DNA from: an uncultured delta proteobacterium
GTDB taxonomy: Bacteria > Desulfobacterota > Binatia > Binatales > Binataceae
Assembly: GCA_963765675.1 (NCBI GenBank)
Contig: CAVXXK010000001.1
Location: 864,001-928,000, forward strand
Length of the DNA: 64,000 nucleotides
Direction of reading: 5' to 3'
The notes under the pieces were generated by a model, which ran no database searches, was not told where the DNA came from, and was given only the letters and a program-made list of their open reading frames with translations. The position numbers and the translations under genes are program-made. This document shows positions 58,010-64,000 of the stretch, piece after piece (position 1 is the stretch's first letter; each line of letters begins with the position of its first letter).

Positions 58010-59767
58010 TTGGATTCGAGTCGCGTACTGATCGCCGTCATCCTGTCGCTGGGATTGATCTTCGCTTACCAGGAACTGGTTCTGAAGCGGGTCTATCCGC
58101 CGCCGGGAAATCAGAACGCCGAAGGCACTCCAAAGGCGACCGCCGAAGGGGCACTTCCGAGCGCGAACGCCTCGCGCGCGGCGCAATCTGCCGCGGCGGC
58201 GTCGATTGCGGCGGCCGCGGCGGCCTCTTCCGCGGCTACGTCTTCGATTCCAGGCGCGCCGTCGGCCGCTTCGACAGCAATTGCGAGGCCGGTTCCGGCG
58301 CAGTCGCTGGCGGCGGCAAAGTCGGGCGCGCCGCCGCGATCGATCACGATCGAAACCTCACTTTATACGGCAACGATTACAACGCTCGGCGCGCGCCTTT
58401 CGAGCTTCACGCTCAAGCGCTACTTCGCGACGGCGGCTCGTAACAGCGGTCCATACCAGATGGTTCCGCAGACCGATGCGCGCTATCCGCTGGGGGTCAC
58501 GCTCGCGCGCGAGGGCAAGCTCGCCAACGATTCGGAGCTCGAGTACTCATGCTCTGGGCCGAGCGCGATCGACGTGCCGGGGACGGGGACCGCTACGATC
58601 GATTGCGTCGCGACCGCGGCCGACGGGACGAAAATCGACAAATCAATCGAGTTTCACGGCGAATCATACGCGTTCGCGCTGAACGTCGCGGTCAGCGGCG
58701 GCTCCAAGCTCGACGGGATCGGCCTGGCAATGAGCGAGCCGATGGCGGCGCACGAGGGTTATCGCGACGTGCCCGCGGTGCAGGCGTACGTGCAGGGCAA
58801 GACGATCAGCGACTACGAATCGACGCTCAAGAAGGGCACGCCCGCGGCTGCCGGCAAGATCACGTACGCGGGTTTCGGCGACCGTTATTTCCTGTCGGCC
58901 TACCTGCCGCGAAATCCGACCGAGGGCGTGCTGTCGATGGCGCTGGAGCCAGGCGACAACGCGTTCGCGCGGATCCTGTTCGGACCGAGCGCCACGCTTT
59001 CGGCCGAGGTGTACATGGGGCCGAAGCTGCTCGAGGCGCTCGAGACGGTCGATCCGGCGCTGAACAAATCGATCGACTTTGGCTACTCGGGGATTATCGC
59101 GCTGCCGTTTTTGCGCGTGCTCAAGCTGTTCCATCTGATCGCGCCGAACTGGGGCTGGGATATCGTGCTGCTGACGCTGGCGCTGCGGATCCTGCTGCTG
59201 CCGATGTCGATCAAGAGCCAGCGCTCGATGATGAAGATGCAGCGGCTGTCTCCGCAGATGGAAAAAATCCGCGAGAAGTTCAAGGACGACAGCGAGCGCC
59301 AGCAGAAAGAGATGGTCGATCTCTACAAGCGCAACCACGTCAACCCGGTCGGCGGATGCCTGCCGATGGCGATCCAGTTCCCGATCTTTATCGGGTTGTA
59401 CGAAGCGCTGCTGAACGCGGTCGAGCTGCGCCACGCGCCGTTCATGCTCTGGATCCGCGACCTGTCGGCGCCCGACTGCCTGCCGCTCTCGTGGATGCCG
59501 CGGATTCCGTATATCGATTGCCACGGACTGCCGGTGCTGGTGCTGCTGATGGGCGCGAGCACGTTTTTGCAGCAGTGGATGTCGCCGACTTCGCCCGATC
59601 CGAATCAGCAGCGCATGATGATGCTGACGCCGATTATCTTCACCGTGATGTTCGTGAACTTTCCCGCTGGACTCTCGCTGTACTATTTTGCCTCAAACGT
59701 GCTCGGCGTCGTCCAGCAGGTGTTTCTAAACCGCGAATTCAAAGCGTATAGCCCGGCCACCGCATGA
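58010..59767 (+). CDS. yidC: Membrane protein insertase YidC
   Basis: YMGPK, IDFG, NWG, NPVGGCLP, ELRHAPF.LWI.DLS, PAGLSLY. Confidence 0.95.
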   Translation: MDSSRVLIAVILSLGLIFAYQELVLKRVYPPPGNQNAEGTPKATAEGALPSANASRAAQSAAAASIAAAAAASSAATSSIPGAPSAASTAIARPVPAQSLAAAKSGAPPRSITIETSLYTATITTLGARLSSFTLKRYFATAARNSGPYQMVPQTDARYPLGVTLAREGKLANDSELEYSCSGPSAIDVPGTGTATIDCVATAADGTKIDKSIEFHGESYAFALNVAVSGGSKLDGIGLAMSEPMAAHEGYRDVPAVQAYVQGKTISDYESTLKKGTPAAAGKITYAGFGDRYFLSAYLPRNPTEGVLSMALEPGDNAFARILFGPSATLSAEVYMGPKLLEALETVDPALNKSIDFGYSGIIALPFLRVLKLFHLIAPNWGWDIVLLTLALRILLLPMSIKSQRSMMKMQRLSPQMEKIREKFKDDSERQQKEMVDLYKRNHVNPVGGCLPMAIQFPIFIGLYEALLNAVELRHAPFMLWIRDLSAPDCLPLSWMPRIPYIDCHGLPVLVLLMGASTFLQQWMSPTSPDPNQQRMMMLTPIIFTVMFVNFPAGLSLYYFASNVLGVVQQVFLNREFKAYSPATA

Positions 59768-60882
59768 GTATCACCGAACCAATCGAAGTCACCGCCGCAA
59801 CGGTGGAAGAAGCGATCAAGCAGGCGCTCACAGAGCTCGGTGCGCATCGAGACGGCGTCACGGAAGATGACGTGACGATCGAGGTGCTGGCGACGCCGCG
59901 CGCGGGCGTGCTCGGCCTCGGCGCGCGGCCGGCGAAGATCCGCGTCACGCTGCGTCCGCAGGCGGCTGCGACCTCGGGCGTGCAGTCGCCTCCTCCCGCG
60001 CCGCCAAGGCCCTCGCAACCGCCGCCGCGCGAGCGCAGGGAAGATCGTCGAGATGACCGGCGCCAAGATCATAGAGAAGATCATAGAGAAGACCGTAGAG
60101 ATGACCGCAGAGATGAGCGGCGCGGCGCGCGTCCTCAACAGCAGTCCTCGCGATCGCAGACCCAGCAGCAGCAGCCGAGGCCGGCGCGGGAACCTCGCGA
60201 AGATCGCGAGCACAGCGGCGACAGCGACGAGAATCCTGACGCTCCGCGCCGCAGCGCCAACCTCGATCAGCAAGCCGCCGAGGCAACCGAGATCCTCGCG
60301 CGAATCCTGGAGCTGATGGGCGAGAAGGGGCAGGTCACGCGCGTGGTCGAAACCGATCCCGACTCGCTCGAGCTCGAAATCAAGGGCGACGGCTCCGGGA
60401 TTCTGATTGGGCGGCATGGGCAGACGCTCGACGCGCTGGAATATATCGTCAACCGGATTGTCGCGCGGCGAATCCGCGACGCGGCGCCGATCATGCTTGA
60501 GACCGAGGCCTACCGCGCGCGCCGCCGCCAGCAACTGCATCGCATGGCGCTGTCGATGGGCGAGCGGGCCAAGCGCGAGCACGAGAGCGTGACGCTCGAG
60601 CCGATGCCGCCGCGCGACCGGCGCGTAATCCATCTGGCGCTCAAGGAAGATCCGATGCTGACGACGCGATCGTCGGGCGACGGCTTTCTGCGCGCGATCG
60701 AGATCGTCCCGGTCGGCGCCCCGCGTCAGGGCCGCGGCGGCGACGGACCCGGACCGTCTTCCGGACCGGGCCGAGGCGGCCGCAGTCGCGAGCGCGACAA
60801 TCGCGAGAAGCCGCGCGAGCGTCCAAACGACGCACTGGGCGAGCAAGGCGGCTTCAAGCACGGTCAAAAACGCATCGTGTAG
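59764..60882 (+). CDS. jag: RNA-binding protein Jag/KhpB (EloR), KH plus R3H
   Basis: Jag N-domain, LIGRHGQTLDALEY, PMPPRDRRVIH; charged linker with 12-bp repeats (60040-60123). Confidence 0.9.
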   Translation: MSITEPIEVTAATVEEAIKQALTELGAHRDGVTEDDVTIEVLATPRAGVLGLGARPAKIRVTLRPQAAATSGVQSPPPAPPRPSQPPPRERREDRRDDRRQDHREDHREDRRDDRRDERRGARPQQQSSRSQTQQQQPRPAREPREDREHSGDSDENPDAPRRSANLDQQAAEATEILARILELMGEKGQVTRVVETDPDSLELEIKGDGSGILIGRHGQTLDALEYIVNRIVARRIRDAAPIMLETEAYRARRRQQLHRMALSMGERAKREHESVTLEPMPPRDRRVIHLALKEDPMLTTRSSGDGFLRAIEIVPVGAPRQGRGGDGPGPSSGPGRGGRSRERDNREKPRERPNDALGEQGGFKHGQKRIV

Positions 60883-60900
60883 CAGTCCGGCGCGGCAGTT

Positions 60901-61209
60901 TCAGGCGACCTTCACGATTGGATGGACCCTTGCTTTAGGACGCACGCTGATCCTCACGTCCTGGTCCAGCGCGTTCAAGAAACGGACGAGCCGGTCCATC
61001 GAGAATCCCTCCAATCGACCATGGAGCAGCGCGGAGATTTTGGGCTGCGTGACTTTCAGCACACTGGCCGCCTGCATTTGAGTCAGGCCGCGTTTCTCGA
61101 TCAGCACCGAGACCTGATGCACGAGATCAGCCTTGGCCTGCAAAAGATCCGCATCGGCCAGACCGAGGTCCCGGAAAACATTGCCGCTGCCTTTGGTCAC
61201 CTGAATCAT
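60901..61209 (-). CDS. XRE/HTH antitoxin
   Basis: GSGNVFRDLG, GLTQ..AA..L..TQPKIS, FSMDRL. Confidence 0.85.
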   Translation of the reverse strand: MIQVTKGSGNVFRDLGLADADLLQAKADLVHQVSVLIEKRGLTQMQAASVLKVTQPKISALLHGRLEGFSMDRLVRFLNALDQDVRISVRPKARVHPIVKVA

Positions 61210-61251
61210 GATGAGAGCTCCGTATAGTCGGTAGATCCTGATCGCTCAGGA

Positions 61252-61629
61252 CTAATGATTCGTTGCTTTGAGTGCGTTATAAATCCCCTCGGCAAATTTG
61301 TAGCGCGCTTTCACTAGATCAAGAGCGCTCTTCGGCGTTTCGATCCCTTTCTTCGATTTCTTCTTGAACGCGTGCAGCACGTAAACAATATCCTCAAACT
61401 TCACCGTATAGATCGCGCGATATGTGTCGCCGTCGAAATCGTCGACAATTTCCAAAACTCCGGCGCCATGGAACCCTCTCAGTGGCTTTGCGGCCGGATG
61501 TTTTCCGCCCAGTTGCGCCGAGTTCAGCGCGACTCCCATTACGGTTCTAACTTCTTTGGGGAATGCCCGCAGGTCGTCTCTCGAACTTCCGATGAAGTCC
61601 AAGGGCTTGCGTCTCAGCGGGGCCGCCAC
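61252..61629 (-). CDS. RelE-like (Gp49/DUF891) toxin
   Basis: SSRDDLRAFP, GVLEIV...TYRAIY, VLHAFKKKS; toxin-first order. Confidence 0.85.
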   Translation of the reverse strand: MAAPLRRKPLDFIGSSRDDLRAFPKEVRTVMGVALNSAQLGGKHPAAKPLRGFHGAGVLEIVDDFDGDTYRAIYTVKFEDIVYVLHAFKKKSKKGIETPKSALDLVKARYKFAEGIYNALKATNH

Positions 61630-61706
61630 GTCTTAACTATCCCAATTTAGGTATATTTGGTCAAGTCCGACAGGCCGGTTCATTGACGCGGGCGCCATGC
61701 CGGAAA

Positions 61707-62288
61707 TCAGGCGACGATGCGGTCGGAGAAGCCGGTTACGTCGTGGGTCATTATCAGGAGATCGCGGGGGTGGCCTTTGCGATCCTCTACCCAGTCGGTA
61801 AGCACCGCTTCCACCTGGAAGCCCAGGTGCTCGAAGGCGGTGCGCGCGGCGGTCTGATCGGGCGTCATCTGGGCGGTCAGCTTCTTGACGCCGAGTCCGC
61901 GCGCGAGGTCGAAAATCTCGGCGGTGAGGTGGCGGCCGAGTCCGAGCCCGCGATATTTCGACGACGCGTTGACGCGCAATTCGCCGATCCTGCGAGTCCA
62001 TCGCGCGGGCTCGACGTGGACGCTCGCGTAGGCGGCCAGGTCGCCGTCCACTTCGGCGAGGATCGTGACGGTGTTGCCCTTCTTGAGGTTCTCGATCCAT
62101 TCGCCGATGACGGCCTTGTCGGTGATGTCGGTGCGCAGGAAGAGCAGGTCGTCGCCGGGGAGCCTCGCGGCGAACTTGAGGATCGCGTCCTTATCCGAGG
62201 GCTGCATGATGCGGATAGTCGCTTCGCGGCCGTCGCGCAGTTTCAGATGCATCGGAAATTTGCTTTCGCCCTTCGCCTTTTGCGCCAT
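61707..62288 (-). CDS. GNAT-family N-acetyltransferase
   Basis: LRDGR...IR, YRGLGLG, F..LGF..EA; GGAGG RBS. Confidence 0.8.
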   Translation of the reverse strand: MAQKAKGESKFPMHLKLRDGREATIRIMQPSDKDAILKFAARLPGDDLLFLRTDITDKAVIGEWIENLKKGNTVTILAEVDGDLAAYASVHVEPARWTRRIGELRVNASSKYRGLGLGRHLTAEIFDLARGLGVKKLTAQMTPDQTAARTAFEHLGFQVEAVLTDWVEDRKGHPRDLLIMTHDVTGFSDRIVA

Positions 62289-62464
62289 CGTAAACCCTCC
62301 GCGACGCCGGTCGCGGCCATGCCGCGCGGTCAGCGAACATCCTTGCAGCATCGCCATATTTCCAGCAAGCGCACCAGCGCGTGATTCGGTTTGCAGTTGA
62401 TCGTTGATGCCTGCCAAGGTTGAGCCTAACCTGCCGCGCGCGATTTCAGCGCGACACTGGAGGT

Positions 62465-64000
62465 ATGGCGATGGCTTCCGAGATCCTCGGCGGCGGCACC
62501 CAGAGCTACCGCCTGTCCACTCAGGACGCGACGTTCATCTACGCCGAGTCTCAAAACGGTCCGCTGCATATCGGGTCGATCGGGATGCTCGAAGGGCGGA
62601 TCGATTTCGAGGATATCCTGCGCCATGTCGAAAGCCGGATTCATCTGATCCCGCGCTATCGCCAGCGGCTTGCGCCGGTGCCGTTCAATCTCGCGCACGC
62701 GATGATGGAAGATGATCCGGAGTTCGCGGTCGCAAGTCACGTCTTCAATCACGAGTTGCCGCCCGGAACCAGCGAGGCCGACGCACTCAGCATCATCATG
62801 CGCGGCTACGAAACGCCGCTTAATCGCGCGCGTCCACTGTGGGACATGCATTGCTACCAGGGGATGGAAGGCGGACGCACCGCGATCGTCTGGCGAGTGC
62901 ATCACTGCCTGGTCGATGGAGTCTCGGGCGTCGAGCTATTGAAGGTGATGTACGATTTTCGGCCCGACCCCGAGCCGGTCGCGCCGCCGGAGACGCCGTG
63001 GGTGCCGAATCCGCCGTCGTCGGGCGTCGCGCGATTTATCGAAGGTGCTCGCGCGCAGTTCCGCACGACGATCGAGGGCGCGCAGGCGAGCGCGCGCGAG
63101 ATGATGAACGACCCGGGCGCCGCGGCGAAAAACGCGCAGGCGCTCGCGTCGGCGGCGCGCACGATGACCGAGCTGGCGACCCGGCGAATCGCGCAGACGC
63201 CGTGGAACGCGGGCGTCGCGACCGAGCGGCGCGAGATCGCGTGGACGCGCCAATCGTTTGCCGATTTTCGCGCGATCCGGCAGGCCTTCGGTGGGTCGGT
63301 CAACGACGTCGTCCTGACGATTCTGACTGAGGGCGCGGCGCGATATCTCGACCATCATGGCTACAAGGGACAGGGCGAGGAGTTGTGCATCGGATGCCCC
63401 GTCAACGTGCGCCATCGCGAGGAGCGCGGTGCGCTGGGTAATCGGGTCTCGATGATGTTTCCGACCGCGCCGGCCGCGCCGATGGACGTGGTCGAGCGGC
63501 TGCATCTGATTTCCGCCGAGACCGAGCGGATCAAGGAGTCGGGCAGCGCGCAGGCGCTCGAGTCATTCATGCGGCTGGCGGAGGGAGTTCCGCCGACTCT
63601 GGTCGCGATCGGATCGCGGATGGCGACTGGTGCGATGGACGCGGCGGCGGCGCTTGCGAAAGTCAGCGGATGGAAGCCGACGCCGGGCGGACTCGCACTG
63701 CCGGCCACGATGATCAATTTTATCGCGACCAACGTGCCGGGCGTGCAGGTACCGCTGTATCTTTTGGGGCATCGATGCCTCGACATGATTCCGCTGGTGC
63801 CGCTGGGGATGACGCTCGGCTATGGGGTCGCGATACTCAGTTACAATCAGAGTCTGTATTTCGGAATGATGTCGGAGCCGCGCCTGATGCCCGACGTCGC
63901 GCTGATGCGCGCGTTTGTGGACGACGCCTTTGCCGATCTGCGCCGCCGCGGCCAGGAGCGCGCGGGAGTAGCAGAGCGCGTGATGGCGGGAGTGGCGGCC
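62465..64000 (+). CDS. Wax ester synthase/diacylglycerol acyltransferase (WS/DGAT), runs off the window end
   Basis: RLSTQDATFIYAE, RPLWD, HHCLVDGVSG (HHxxxDG), SVNDVV, TNVPG; GGAGG RBS. Confidence 0.9.
   Translation, partial: MAMASEILGGGTQSYRLSTQDATFIYAESQNGPLHIGSIGMLEGRIDFEDILRHVESRIHLIPRYRQRLAPVPFNLAHAMMEDDPEFAVASHVFNHELPPGTSEADALSIIMRGYETPLNRARPLWDMHCYQGMEGGRTAIVWRVHHCLVDGVSGVELLKVMYDFRPDPEPVAPPETPWVPNPPSSGVARFIEGARAQFRTTIEGAQASAREMMNDPGAAAKNAQALASAARTMTELATRRIAQTPWNAGVATERREIAWTRQSFADFRAIRQAFGGSVNDVVLTILTEGAARYLDHHGYKGQGEELCIGCPVNVRHREERGALGNRVSMMFPTAPAAPMDVVERLHLISAETERIKESGSAQALESFMRLAEGVPPTLVAIGSRMATGAMDAAAALAKVSGWKPTPGGLALPATMINFIATNVPGVQVPLYLLGHRCLDMIPLVPLGMTLGYGVAILSYNQSLYFGMMSEPRLMPDVALMRAFVDDAFADLRRRGQERAGVAERVMAGVAA

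Noticed and set aside
60040-60123. 12-bp tandem repeats in jag (and the 33-bp duplication in yidD)
   Set aside because: In-frame low-complexity linker expansions with no sign of a separate function.

Overview
High-GC bacterial chromosomal window. The gene content (tandem DUF1329 paralogues, LLM monooxygenases, WS/DGAT, AddAB) resembles Candidatus Binatia, which is an inference only. It lies next to the chromosome-partition locus: parB-parA-rsmG-mnmG-mnmE on the minus strand with two parS palindromes, and a divergent rpmH-rnpA-yidD-yidC-jag block, with no dnaA in the window. The left half is mostly housekeeping and metabolic: a ParDE-type TA pair, MscS, a sigma-54 activator, a QueD-like gene, a split TlpA/Prx-like gene best explained as a UGA-readthrough selenoprotein with a SECIS-like hairpin, addAB, an ABC transporter, a pentameric ligand-gated ion channel, fumC and a ferredoxin. 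Intergenic DNA is full of at least six families of short palindromic REP-like repeats, and one RAYT (REP-associated tyrosine transposase) gene sits among its cognate REPs. The most striking structure follows the RAYT: three head-to-tail units, each made of a fixed 147-bp left arm (starting inside a REP), a different cargo, and a right arm of REPs plus the last ~31 bp of the neighbouring monooxygenase gene. A second hotspot (35.4-42.3 kb) carries defence-like cargo interspersed with orphan, diverged 3'-end copies of its flanking resident genes (DUF1329, parB). No rRNA, tRNA or CRISPR array was recognised.
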